DNA of 64,000 nucleotides from assembly GCA_036630325.1 (NCBI GenBank), contig CP142733.1, positions 1 to 64,000 on the forward strand. Reading direction: 5' to 3'. Position 1 is the first letter of the stretch. Every line of letters begins with the position of its first letter. The DNA comes from Vairimorpha necatrix (Eukaryota). Position numbers and translations under genes: made by a program. A model generated the notes under the pieces. The model did no database searches and was not told the DNA's origin. It worked only from the letters and a program-made list of their open reading frames with translations. This document shows positions 1 through 14,485 of this stretch, in pieces.

Positions 1-3000
1 CTAAATTGCAAAACCATGTACATAATTAACTTACACGAATGTCTCTTATCATTACATGAATCTTTTACTCGACTTTAAACATTACTAAAATTCGATCCTG
101 CTTTCTACGAACTTCTTTGACCACCAGTTATTTTATTTTTGGAAAATGGGGATATAGAATTGTATAAAAGAAAAGAAGATGCTCCTAGATAAATTCTTCT
201 AGTCGTTAATTTTTTATTAACAAATTCCATTAAACACTGATCAGTAATCTTTTTTTTAAAAACTGGCCTCTTTTTGAAAACACGGTCGATGTAAACATCA
301 ATTTTATTTCTAGTTGTAAGTGAAGTTGTTCATTAATGATAAAGTTCTATTTTCGTATTTTTTTAAGCTCATTATAACATAAAATTTTTTAATGTTTTTC
401 AAAATAAACTTCGTCGTACGGAAAAAAAAAGTTTTTTCAAAAAAAGTAAATCTTAATAGTCATTATGAGAAGGCTTGATGACAATGTTTTTTTTCTAGTG
501 ACGTTAATCTTAAAGATAAATGACTGGATATTCATTTATATCTCCTATATTTTTTCAAAATGTTTTACATATTCAGTGTCTACTACAAAAAAAATAATTC
601 ATAAGAGTTATTAAAAGCTACTTTATACAATATCACTTTTTTTATACAATAACCATCTCTAATTTATATATAGAACATTCGTTTTCAGTTTATTAATACT
701 CTATATGTAAATTTTCCTTATATTACACTATTGATTATAAAATTGTATCAAAAAACGGTTTGTTATTTTGTTTTAAACTTAACATTTTTTTTATCCACTT
801 TATATATATTGCTGATGCAAGTTTTCTATTCAATATTATTAACTTAAAAATATCGACATACATAGTTTTATGTCTAAAATGCAAGTAGTTTTTGATTTTT
901 AAAGAGTGTGTTAGATTTGCATCATTTTGATTCTTGTATTATATTTTATTGTAGATACGTTCCTGTCATTTTCAAATAATATATGAAAAATATAAATACT
1001 TCAAATTATTATATTTTAACATAATGTATTTTTTAACTAAGAATTTAGCTTATTTTGTCTTTTACCCAGATACATTGAATCATGCGGCTTTACTTAATAT
1101 TCTAAACTTATAACGGGTTATATATAAATTCGACATGAATTATACGTATTAAGCGTATTTCATATATAGGTTTTATAAGGTAATTTTCATATTTATTTCT
1201 TGTCTAGATTTTATCTACAACTGAAATTTTTTCAAACAATATATCTCTAGTAAAGAAACAGTACCATTCCAATCTAAAAATATATAAAGATTATCAAATG
1301 TGTAACCTTATGTTTTGTTATACGATAGAGGATTAGGTTCGGATTTACGAAACAAAAAAATAATAATGACAGCATTACTATTTTAAAAATGATAAATAAA
1401 CCTTGTCTTTTACACGAGAAAATAAGCTATTGAATCATCTAAAATAAATATTGGACTGTTTCTTCAAAGAAATTTATTCTTTTTTTCCGTAAATATTGAT
1501 TTCTCGCATAAATATATTTTCGAGCTTAATATTATAATGGCTTGAACATATTATCCAATTGTTTTTGTAAGAAACGACATTTCGATAATCTTTCATCTAG
1601 GGGTTTGTTTTTCTGCCAAAAAAATTTTGTGTACTGAATTTGGTTATAGAAATTATAAATAAGGACGAAACTAGTTAATTGGTTTTTTTGCATAATTTAT
1701 TTTGTGTCAAAATATTTTTAAAGTAACTTATAATGTGAATATAATGTCCTTTTACTTTTTTTAATGGAACAGAATTAAAATATGTGCATTTTTTATAAAA
1801 ATTTAATTTACAACCAAATCAATCCCAGAAAGGTTCAGTCAAAATTTATGTCTGCAATTATTGAATCCATGGTATATTATCAATGTGAACAATAACTTTT
1901 ATTTAGTGTACAGTTTTATAACTATTTTTAGATCTGTAATCTTTTTATTTGTTTTCTTTTCTATTATATACAACGTCCTCTTATCTGTGTATATTATGAA
2001 TGATTTAGATAGTCTAATTATTTGCAAACAGAAAGTATATCTATTAGGGGGTGTGATTCAAAAATATACCAATTCAATTGTTTTTTAGATATGTTATATT
2101 TAAATGATCTTTCACCCCATCTTATGAAAAATATTTCCATCTCTGGAATATTCAAAAAATATAGTATCCCAAAATGAATTTTTTCCATTTTTAAGATTAT
2201 ATAATTTTACAATAAAATGTTAACGTAATGAAATCTAAACATATCAAATATTAAATTGCGGAATTATATTACTCTATTGTATATATGTTGTAAAAAAATG
2301 ATTTTATTTATAATCAAAATCACAAATAATTATAATCTCGTTATTTTTAATGTATTTTTCCTTTATTTTTCAACTTTTGTTCATTTTACTATCTTAAATA
2401 ACTGATTATTTCTCTTCTATTATTCATTGTAGGTCAAAATCTCTATATTCAGTCCTACAGAATATTAATAATAGTACATTTACACTGACATTATATTTTT
2501 AGAATCTATAAGATACGTATTTTTTTTATTATTTTTCTTTAATTTTATTTTTAAATTTTTGGCCATCTGTCTTGACAAAAAGAACAATAGTTTGATTGTT
2601 TACAATGCTTAATTTTCATCGATTGGGTTCTTTAATATAAATTGTTTATTCTTTTTACATATGAAATATTGTTTCTTTATTAATTAAACGATATTATAAT
2701 AACTCAGAAACAAACATAATTTCTTATTATATAACATTAAAAACGTTATTGTTCAATATGTTAAGTCTGTAAAATAAAAGATATTGTGTAATTGATTCTG
2801 GGTATTACATTCTAGAAAACAAAGATACATCTGATTGTTGCAATAAATATGGACTTATTTATATGATTTTTATTTCTTAGTATATTTATATTAAGCACTT
2901 GGCATCTTAATTATATCTACACATATCTTATTAAAAGCTTATAAATTTTTTTGCATTTTGAATTTCTAGTATCATATAATTTTTATTTTATTTTATATAT

Positions 3001-3794
3001 AGACTTCGAGGTTGATTTACGCCCTAAATAAGGAATATTGTTGTTTTCTTTAATGTGTTTATTTTTTCTGCGCTTTTCGATCCTTAATGTTTAATTTTTC
3101 TTAGTCTTTCCCTAAAAGTGTCTTGTTTAAGTAAAATGCTATAGACTAATTGAAGATATTTAAAATACAAGAAACATTTGTTATATAAATCTTTATATGT
3201 CAACATTACAGATATATACCTGCTCATTTTGCCATCTAAAGTCGATGATTTCTTCAGAATATCGATGTGTCAGTCAATAATGGCTAATACTTAGGACAGG
3301 GCACGTTTTAGTGTGCAAATGACTCGTCACACATAGATTATTCAATTTAGTAGTATTAATGGAAATCTGTTCAAAATACAAATTTCTTGGATTGTCTAAG
3401 TTCGGTTATATAGATAAATATTTCCAAAACAATGTATTAATAAGTGTTTTTTGAATAAACGATTGAACCAATTTTTATTGTTTCTCTATTATACATACTA
3501 ACTTTACTTTGTTTGCAAGTTATAGATACAATTTAATTTCCCAATCGTAAAAAATATTAAGTCTACTTTTGAAGTTTTGTACTTACAATACTGTTTATTC
3601 TGAATTTTAATAATAGATTATTTTCGTCTTGTCGATATTATTATCTCTTCTTAAATATATATACATATACAAATACATCTCTTCTTAAAAATTAGTTGGT
3701 CGTTTAAAATGTCAAGAATAATTACTTTTAAGCCTTCGTGATATAGATAAATTCTTTTGTGATGAATTATTTTGGGGTAATTATTTTCCTCAGT

Positions 3795-4260
3795 TATTTA
3801 TCATGATTTTCTTCTTCGTCTTATTACATTTGTATATATATTGTCAAGTTTGGAAAATCTAAAATTTAAATCTCTTAAATTAGAAATTATTTCATTTTAG
3901 ACTAATTATTTTTTCATGATTTTTTTTTCTGTCTTATTGTATATATATATATGTATATAGAATTTTCCTCATTTTAAAAATGAAAATTTCAAAACTCTAA
4001 AATTAGAAATTATTGCAAGTTAGACAAATATTTTTTTTGATTTTTATCAACTTCTTATTTTTTATAAATGTGTATAAATTCTTTTCATCAATAAAAAAAA
4101 AAAAATCAAAATTATGTCATTTTAGATAATTTATTTTTTCATGATTTTATTCTTATTCTTGGTGTTTGAATATATATACTTGTCATCCTTGAATAATTAA
4201 AAATTTGGAAGTTCAAAAAACAAAATAATGACTTATAGCCTACATTTACTTTAAAATTTC
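3795..4260. repeat. Degenerate tandem repeat, about 4 units of ~110-120 bp (also at ~33520-33965)
   Basis: TTTTCATGATTTT...CTTATT...TATATA...CATTTTAGAYAATTATT-like motif recurs near 3800, 3912, 4035 and 4136. Confidence 0.6.
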
Positions 4261-4933
4261 ATATTCTTGGCGAGTAGAGGGGAGATGAAATTTTATACAT
4301 GAACTTAAAAGAAAGAGAGTTAATTATCCAATTGATATAGGGCATTTCTAACTCTTAACTATTACTGAATACTTGCGCTGCACTATCTCCGACGTAACCA
4401 TTGGGATTTGATTTGGTAAGATTTTTTTATATACAAGCCTCTAATAGCTCATTAAAACAATAAATATATTAAAATGAAGATTTTAAAAACTCAGTGTAGA
4501 TTTATCGTTTTAATCTAGTGTCGATATTATATAAATAAATCATCTAGATCTAAGATGTGTCTTTCTCTCACACAGAACACTAAAAGCAAACTATAAAATT
4601 TCTTTGTCATTAATGAATAATTGAACAGATCTCCATTTAATACTATATCTTGTTTGTATAAAAACAAACTTCATAAATTTCTACATCAAGAGTGCCATAA
4701 TTGGCTTTTAGATCCCTATAATATATACAGCTATGGCATTTTGAAACACACAAGAACAAATTATACGTAATCAGAATTCGAATTGTGATTATATTTAAGA
4801 AATTAATGATCAATTCATTACAAGAGATACTTTTCATAATATTTGTTTAGTCTATCAATTTTGAAATAAATATTTAGTGACGTCTGTATGTCCGCGAGTA
4901 GATATCTTTATGCTTAAAATAAATTTAAATTTT

Positions 4934-5000
4934 TTCTTACCGGGAATCGAACCTTGGACCTTCGATATCCCAAATCAAGGTGCACCCTTTCGCAAGCACA
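4934..5000 (-). pseudogene. tRNA-derived Pol III element (tRNA pseudogene or SINE head), copy 1
   Basis: Minus strand has B box GGTTCGATTCC in a T-arm-like stem and a degraded anticodon-like arm. There is no acceptor-stem pairing. Homologous to 34651-34718. Confidence 0.6.
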
Positions 5001-5750
5001 CTTATTTAAACTTTGTTATCCTTTATGAAAACCATTTATATTTTCAACTTCCTTTAATTTTTGTTTTCATTCTATGCATAAAGAAAAATTTCAAATTAGT
5101 CAGATTGAAAGATCATTAAGCGATTTAACCAAATAATAGAATAATTTACAATATTGGTTTTATGCTTTCTTATATAAAATAAAATTAAATAAGATTTTCT
5201 TTGCCCAGAACATACATTTCTAATATATATACATGTTATACTAAAAAATAATATACATTTTACACGGCAAAAACGAGTATATATCCTATATTATATACAA
5301 AATACTTTCATATGTGATCGCAAATTTTAAGATTTACTAGCATCGTATTTCAATTTCTCTATTATATCTGGCAATTTTGTTATTATTATTTTCCATACCT
5401 CTAAAGTAAATTTTTTTAAATAATTTTTTCAACAAGTTAAAACTGTCATTTGTAAGAATATGTTTAATATGTATTTGATCTGCTACAACTATATATGAGC
5501 TACATTCTTTTAAGAATTTAAACTAAAAAATAATAAAAACATATTTATGTGATTTAACTAATATTCTTTATTGAGATTTTGTTTTTCTTAGATACTGTGA
5601 TGTACATTAATACAACACATGGACAGATGTCAAAAATATGTCAACCGTTTTGAAAGGCATGTCAAGTTGGGTCACACAATCAAACGAAAGTTGCATGGTC
5701 GTTACTACATTCGTAAGTACCTCAATGTTTGTTTTTAGTGTTGACAACAT

Positions 5751-6058
5751 ATAAAAGATTAATTGAGTTAATTTATAATTTAGGTTTTCTAGCACAGTTT
5801 CCCTCGGTATCGCTACTAGATTCGGCTCATCATAGACTTTGATTTATGTGGAATTATTTATGTTTTTCAACTCCAAATTTTTAGCTTCATTCTCCTATAC
5901 CAACATCGCTTGTTCAACAGTCGCAATATTCGCTAGTGCGCTTACAGCTATAATCACTTCTTCTTCTTCTGCATAATCTTTATCGTATCTTGTTCGTCGT
6001 TCCTAAGAGATGGACTCTGGAGTTTTCTTCATCACATTAGACTGAATTATGCTTCCAG
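5751..6058 (-). mobile_element. 3'-terminal fragment of RLE non-LTR retrotransposon family A
   Basis: Colinear with ~51351-51667, sharing ATAAAAGATT.ATTGAGTTA, ATATTCGCTAGTGCGCTTACAGCT and AAGAGATGGACTCT. Confidence 0.9.
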
Positions 6059-8214
6059 AAATGTTTAGATTTCTGCAGAATGCAAATAAGATTTTAAAAT
6101 ATTAATATATATGTACACAATAATAATATAATTTAGAAATAATGAATTCCTAAACTTTTAAAATTTTACAACTGTAACTATTATTTTGGAAAAAATATTT
6201 TAGTTTGACATTACGATTGATTTTTAGTAAAAATTTAATTAAATTTTGAATTTCTTCAAAAAATGTCAAGAGAATTTAAAAAATTTTAAGGCCGTATTGT
6301 ATTTCAAAAAATACGATCTGATCATCTTTTTAATTGAGTTGTTACTCTATAGACAAAGAAAAATTAATAAAAAATTTCAAATAAAGATCATTGAATAAAG
6401 AGTAATTAACATATTTGTTTAGTTTTTGATTGTATATTTTTAATTAATTTATAACAAAAATTTGTTTTATTTTTGCTATTAAATCCTTTAAATTCAAAAT
6501 CTACGCTCTTTTAAATTTTTGTTTATTTTAAATTTCCCTCCTAAAATATTAAATAAAATTTTTTTGTTTATGGGCAATGAGAAATCAAAGATTGGATTGG
6601 TGCAATAAAGAGATAAGACAAGTTTGGAATGACAATGAAGTTTTGTGAAATTAATACTACTATAAATAGAGTATTATACAATATCACATCACAAGACAGT
6701 CAATTTTTTGTCTGATAGTGTAATAATCTCTATAGTTTATGCTCATGATCTTCTATCAACAAATGATTATTATACGAATTATATACTTCAGAAATTTGAG
6801 TACCGTTAGTTATACCAACTTCAATGGACAAGACCTTATAGCGCTTGCGCATCCCACGTGTCGCGAGAAGTTGAAAAGTTGGAATACAGATGTATACTCA
6901 AATTTCCGAAGTATTAAATTGTATAAAAATCATTAGCTGATAAATAAGATCATGAGCATAAAGTAAAAAAAATTACATTAACAGTGAAAAAACACGGGCT
7001 GTCACAAGAATTGTAATTGCAGCTTTTTACTATAATTATATAAAAGCTCTTCCGCTACATGTGCTTTACCCAAATTTAGCTATATAATCTATTGATTGAT
7101 AAACATAAGGATCACCGGTCATATATTTCTAGTCCGTAGAAAATAATGATTTCAATGATCGCATTTATACCTAATTATTGCCAATCAAACATAAGTATGA
7201 TTATTACATAATCATTGAGAAGAATGTATGCGAAAACTTCTATAGATATAAGTTTAGCATTATCTGAATAAATAATTCAATTATTAAAAGGGATATTAGA
7301 ATTAAGATCAAATTATAAATATTAGACTATTTAGAAACAGTTTTACGTAGAATAAAGGTGCAATTTTAGACATTTCGAGTATTTTAATAATCCTACTTAC
7401 TAATATTATTCATAGAACATCAGTCTGATGAATTTGATACATAACATTGAATTGTGTGATATGTAAAAACAAGAATATTTTGATGATTATTCTAGTATTT
7501 AATTAATGATTATAAGAATTTAAAAAGATAATTTATGAAAATTTTTAAAATGCTTAATATTTTATGTGTCCCTTCCATATACTGATATAAATAAATGATA
7601 AAATTCAAAACGATATCATATTAAGTGTTATAACACTATACGATTAACAATGAATATTTTTAATTAAGAAGTATGCATAAATATCCCTAATTCTCAATTT
7701 GCTTTTAATTTAAAACAGATGTATAAGGATAAAATTTTAGAAATATCGAAAACAAAATATTAAACAAAAAAGTATTTTATATATACAATAGAAATTGTTA
7801 TTAATGAGGTTTCTATATAAAAGATATACAAAAAATATCAGTTCAAAATGTTGAATCCTTTTTACTTTTTTTTGATCTACTACTGATTTAACGAGTAAAT
7901 ATTATACGATCAGATGTAAAATATTTTCTCTAATAGAAAGATACTAACATAACAATCAGATATATATATATATATTTTTTGTAATTGAAAGTTCTCTAAT
8001 CATCTCCTGAACAGATTTGCCAATATTATCATATATTAAAAGTAAGTTTTTCTAAAACTTTCCTTTATTAAAAGTAATTTTGATCTCGTAAAATCATGAG
8101 ATATCTTAAGATCAAGATGTTATAACCAATTTTATAATATCCTATATTGGGTCGCAAAATTCTATGTTATACTACCATAAGATATCGTTGGGATATAGTT
8201 ATGTTTCGACATAA

Positions 8215-8400
8215 AAATAAGTGAATCTAATTAGGATATGTTTATTGTAACTTATATTTATAGTTTAACAAGGATAGGTTCGCGTTAGCGTCTCCTGCTT
8301 GTAGGTTGCTTCTCATCTCCATAGTCCTTCCCACATCAACTTCGTATCCTCTCCTTCGGTAGTCCAGAGAAATGCTTTATTTCGTGATCATCTGGATGTT
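8215..8400 (-). mobile_element. 3'-terminal fragment of RLE non-LTR family B
   Basis: Contains GGTT(C)CGCGTTAGCGTCTCCTG and CATCTGGATG, matching the reverse complement of ~47050-47240. Confidence 0.85.
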
Positions 8401-9781
8401 ATTTAGACATAACATATTTTTTATAAATATGACAATTCTTATTCAAGCTTATTTTTTTAGAAATTCTCATTAAATTATGCAAAAAAATTATATATAATTA
8501 TATAATATAAGTATCTTGATTTTGTAAGATGTTATTTATTTGAAATATGTCAATTTCTTTAATCTTATTTTCCATGCCCTCTCTTGGAAATTTTTCTAAA
8601 TACTTTTTGTAGCCAATTTAAATCTGCCAATTTGTGAGAATATGATTGATTAGTATTTAATTAACTACGATAATATCTACATTAAGTATGAAAATTCTTA
8701 TTTTTAGATAATTTCAATGTTAAATTCATATATACGTACTTATGAGATTTTGCTATTATTCTTAATAGAAATTGTGTTTATTTCGATACATTTATATAAT
8801 CGCTCTCTCGTATTAAATAAATAAAATATAAAATCTTCATGATATATAAATTTCGTTTTATATTATATTAAAGTGTTGTATTTTTATACAGTATTGTTGT
8901 CCAATGGGGTATTGGTTTTTTTTATCCACGATTATATTCTTTCTAATGTACCTAATGTATTCCAATAACAAGAATTCATCTTTAAATTCAAAAAACCTTT
9001 GTTATTGATTTATACACAAATTATATTCTGATTTGTTTAATTCAAAATCTATTAATTCTATGTGTTGATACCGGCAATAATTATATAATTGAATGTTTTA
9101 ATTACATAAAAATACTTATATATTATTTGTTACCATATAGAAAGTTCTATTATTTTAATACAATTAATTTCACTGCACTAATATTTATATATATTTTTCT
9201 TGATTTTTAAGTTTTTTATTTTGTACTTCTATATATATATATATGCAGATAGATACTCTTTAAAAAAATTTAAATCATGTATGTACAAACATTTTTATTA
9301 GAATAAAAAAAAACTTTGCAATCTACTTACATATATACATATTTTATTTTTACTAGTTTTTATGAGATGTCAATTTTCACTTTTTTGTGTTCATTATCTC
9401 TCTCATGTACAAATATACACAGAGACTTTCCATTAGCCAGAAAAATTAGATATATTGCTGATAGTTAAAGACTTGTATATATATTTAGATGTAATTGTAA
9501 ATAAAATATAGATTGTTTTAGAGAGTTTTTAAAATATTTACTCTAAATAATAAAAATTTTTATCAATTAGTATACATTTGTTAATTTTATTTTTATGTTA
9601 GAATGTTAAATCGTAAAACGCCCACGGTTACACTAGAAACTTTTAGAATCATTCTGTTTCAAAATCTTCATAATAATAACATACTTTGATTTACTTAAAG
9701 AAAAAATAAATCATATAAACTAATAAGTGCGCATATATATAAATACATTCCTTGTTATCACATAAGACCGTACAATTATAT

Positions 9782-10775
9782 GCATTTTCAGCTGTTCTTA
9801 ATTTTTTCATATTTTTCAAGATTTGTCTTCATATATATGTAAACTAGAAGGAGATGGAAAATGGCAAATTTCATAAATGCTTTAAAAACAATTAAAGTAC
9901 CCAGGTGTCACTTATATAACAATAATATGAATTTATAAGCATTTTCAGAAGTTCTTAATTTTTTCATATTTTTCAAGATTTGTCTTCTTATATACATATA
10001 TACAAGAAGGAGATGAAAAATGGCAAATTTCATAAATGCTAAAAAAACAAATAAAGAATGTTAAAAAGTACTTGTAAAACAATAATTTGAATTTATATGT
10101 AGTCTTAGATGTTCTTAATTTTTTCATATTTTTAATATTTTTCTAGATTTGTCTTCTTATATATATATACAAGAAGGAGATGGAAAAATGGCAAATTTCA
10201 TAAATGCTTTAAAAACAAAAAAAAGATATACAAAAAGTACTTGTAAAACAATAATATGAATTTATATGTAGTCTTAGATGTTCTTAATTTTTTCATATTT
10301 TTAATATATTTCTAGATTTGTCTTCTTATATATATATACAAGAAGGAGATGGGAAAATGGCAAATTTCATAAATGCTTTAAAAACAAAAAAAAGATATAC
10401 AAAAAGTACTTGTAAAACAATAATATGAATTTATAAGCATTTTCAGAAGTTCTTAATTTTTTCATATTTTTCAAGATTTGTCTTCTTATATACATATATA
10501 CAAGAAGGAGATGAAAAATGGCAAATTTCATAAATGCTTTAAAAACAATTAAAGTACCCAGGTGTCACTTATATAACAATAATATGAATTTATAAGCATT
10601 TTCAGAAGTTCTTAATTTATTCAAATTTTTCAAGATTTGTCTATTTATATATATATACAAGAAGGAGAAGAAAAAATAACAAATCTTTTAAATGCTTTAA
10701 AATCAAATAAAGATACTCAAGTGTTGCTTATATAACAATAATATAGATTTATATGTAGTCTAAGATGTTCTAAAT
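9782..10775. repeat. Tandem array of about 6 units of ~156-170 bp
   Basis: Repeated GTTCTTAATTTTTTCATATTTTT...AGATTTGTCTTCTTATATA...CAAGAAGGAGATGGAAAAATGGCAAATTTCATAAATGC. Confidence 0.95.
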
Positions 10776-13700
10776 TTTACTACATTGCTATTTCCTTCTT
10801 ATATGTTTATAAAGTTATAGTGATTTATCTATAAAAATTATTTGAAATTATTTTTCTCTTAAAAATATCATCTAGAAAACCAATACTTCTTAACTTTACA
10901 TACATATACTATACATGTTAATTTTTTTTGTTATGAAGTAAAGTTAATTTTCTTCTTCTTTCAAGTTCATTATCCTTCTTATATATACATATATATATTT
11001 CAATTGATTTTTTAAAAAGAGTATAAGTTCTGTTTTTCTTAGTACCTCAATGATTTGAATATATTAACCAATATTTCGATACAGTATGTTCTCTATGTTG
11101 TTAAAATACGTTATGTAAAAGCTTTTTTAATAATTTGGCTTCATAGTGTATATAGTATATTATTGTTTTATAAGTACAATTTAAAAGGTTGAATTTCTAT
11201 ATTTACACTATTAAAAATTATGGTTAATTCTTTGGCACAACTTCTTCATACATCGATCATCTAAAAACTTAAAGGGCTAACAAACCATAATTAATGATCT
11301 AAATATACAAAAATATAAATAAATAATAAATACATTCATCCCTTTGTTTTGGGGACTTAAATTGTTTCTTAAGTTAAGAATTGGTCTTTTTCTAAATAAA
11401 AAATACCTAACATACTTACCTAACCTACAAGAAAAACGATTCTCAATAAAGTTTTTTTTAGTTAACACTAAAATTGACTTAATATACAAAATTAAATTCC
11501 ATCCCTTTTTTTTTATTATATTATCATATCACTTAGTTATAAAATATACTCATAATTGTTTGACAAGTTAAATTCTTGCTTCGATTAAACTAATATAAAT
11601 ATTATTCAAACATACGTTGTATTTAATAAATTATGATATTATGAAAACAATGCAATATAATCTATGATCAAAGGTTCTGTCGACTAGTTTACAACTATTT
11701 ATTTAGGAAACGTAATTTAAAATCTAAATAATGTAATATTTGAGAATATATGCAATAGACCCAAGCTAAATTTTAAACTGTGTCATCTATACAGACCAGT
11801 GTTATACAAGAATTTTAAAATGTTCTACAATACTATTCTTTGATAATAAAACTTATAAACGAATTAGTTTGGTAATGCGATATGAAAAGAAATTACTCTT
11901 TATAGGATAAATTTATAAATTTGTTTAAACTTCTAGTAAACGATCGCAAAGACAAGCATATATAACATTAGTAAAATATTTTATCTATTAATATATAAAT
12001 GTAAGCTATATCTGAATCAAAAAAATTTTATTTTGTAATTTAGATTTATGAGAAGGATAATTTATTATTACATTTTTTATAAATTTATTGTTAGTTATTT
12101 CCTAGAACACATTTTTTTATTAAATCTATTTTTTTTAAATCCCATAACTTGTATCTATATTGTTATTTGTCTTTTAAATGATTTAATTAGAAAACTTTCG
12201 GAATTTCAATATAATAAAGTTAAATAATGAGATCTTCTACTTTTTGATTCTTGGTATATACACAGTAACATGAACTAGAATGTAAGGTGTATTTAAAGGT
12301 ATAGTTGTAGTATATCTTTTGCTATTAAAAATTTATATGGATAACAAAAATAAATTATAAAATGTAGCATATGATATTAATTTTGCTTTTATTTATAAAT
12401 TTTGTTGGATCAATCAAATTATTAAATAAGAATCTTAAATCTAAAATGTTTATCTATAGCAGTCATTTACCTATATCATCAAAAAACTAATTCTCCAAAT
12501 TCTAACTACGTAGGTTTTTATATTTGTTTTTAACTTCATCTTAAGGAAAAAAAATAAATTATCAATTGTATGCTTATCACATACTAAAGTTATATTTAAA
12601 GCACTATTATGGAGTCTATATTATTTTATCATTACATGAGCATATTATATTTATCTATCCTTAATATATTTATTGATTATAAATTTCTTTATGTAAGGTT
12701 TATGTTTATTACACAATGTTCATTATTGATTTAGTCCATTACACTATTTCGTTAACAATTAAATTCAAAAATCTTATGTCTTATTAAAGTATTAAAACTT
12801 CTTTTTAAAAATTTGAACTAATTTTTATTGTAAAAAAATCATAATAACAAGTTTTAGCAAACATAATTAATTTAGATTTTAAATTATTAAGATGTAATAT
12901 TTTAGATATATCATTTTATGGACCTATATCTGAGAACCGTAAAGCCGTGAATACTTATTCATAATTGATAGGATTTTGGAAAGCCTGAGGTGTGTCAATC
13001 ATGATAATAAGTAAAAATGATTAGGTTTTATAAGAGGAATATAAATGTAGAATTTTGAATTTTTATATAACTTTAATTATAGTTTGTTAATATGATCACA
13101 TTAACCTAAAAAATAACAATATATATATATATCTAATAATACTTATTAAATCTTTTAGTTGACATTTCTAATATTTTTCGTGATAGCTTAAACAAATCAA
13201 TAAATTTCTTTTTGTAAGTAACTAGTTTTTTTTGTTTTGTGTTTTAATAAAATTTTTGATAAAAGTTATGTTTTTGAATATTATATATTCTTCAGCTTTA
13301 TATATAATTTATACCATTATATTGAATTTTTATAATTTTTCTATTTTGAATCAAATAAATTTAATAAATATAAATAAGATCTTTGTGATCATATTTTAGT
13401 AACGAATTCATTCTTTAAAAATATTAAATTTACAAACAAGGCTGATATTAATAGATACTTTGATTCATATTGCGAAATAGTTGAGTCTTAATGTGATATT
13501 GATAAAATATTAGTAGAATCAAAAATAACATAATTTAGGGCCTAAGATTTATATTTTTAGGATTCTATTTAATATTCACGTTTAATTTGATGATAAGATG
13601 GATCTCAAGCAGATCTAAATATATTAATATTTGGGATTTGTTATTTTAATACAAAAAAAGTATTCTATCTAATTTATGTATAACCGAAATATTTGAATAT

Positions 13701-14194
13701 ATATAGACTTGTCAATAATATCAAAAGATTAATTGTGCTACTAGAATATTTAATTTTGAATTTAATCGATTTCAGTTTGTATTATCATCGTTGTATCTTG
13801 TTGTTTATTTCTAATAAACTCTGAATTTTAAGATATTCTGTAAATTTTACATAAAATATATTATTTGGTTTAAAGAATTTATTTGATAGATGTACTAGAA
13901 CAGCTTTGTTTGTCAAATCGATTATAATTTATTGGTAGATCTAAAATATCCTTCATTAGGAATCTGTTTTATTTTATAGTTCTAACGTTATATACATAAC
14001 AAAATCTGGAATTCTAAAATTCATCTTTATTGATAATACTTTATCATAAGTATAATTTTTTACGTTAATTAAATTTATTCCGTGTCTTGTTTTATATATT
14101 TACCGTTTATTTTAATATTAAATTATATTTAGAAATTCGTCTGATTCATAATTTCATTGAAATAATCTAATTATTTTGATAATTTTCATCTTAT

Positions 14195-14485
14195 TTTAAA
14201 TAAATGAATTTAATTAAAGTATGCTTATTGTAGTTTATATTTATAGTTTAACAGGGGTAGGTTCCGCGTTAGCGTCTCCTGTATAAAGGTAGCTTTGTGG
14301 CTCCAAAGTCCATTCCACAAAGGCTTCGTCACCTCTCATTTGGTAGTCGAGAGAATGCTTTCTAGCGTCTTCTTTAACGTTATCATCTGGATGTACGCTT
14401 CTACCTTCTTAGGGATTCCAAGTCTTGTGGTATATGATTTGTAGAACTTAGTCACGATACCGTCCCAAGTGATTAAGTAGGAAAT
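14195..14485 (-). mobile_element. 3'-terminal fragment of RLE non-LTR family B
   Basis: Contains GGTTCCGCGTTAGCGTCTCCTG. Colinear with the reverse complement of ~46960-47240. Confidence 0.9.

Larger units (their letters stand above)
1..5749 (+). repeat. Segmental duplication, copy 1 (runs off the left edge of the window)
   Basis: Colinear with 29726-35473 from CTAAATTGCAAAACCATGTACATAATT to AGTGTTGACAACA, offset about 29.72 kb, with many substitutions and small indels. Confidence 0.95.

Noticed and set aside
6576-6640. Tc1/mariner-like peptide RLDWCNKEIRQVW
   Set aside because: Too short, with no DDE motifs or TIRs nearby.
9782-10775. Possible CRISPR array
   Set aside because: Whole units repeat with no unique spacers, there are no cas genes, and the context is eukaryotic.
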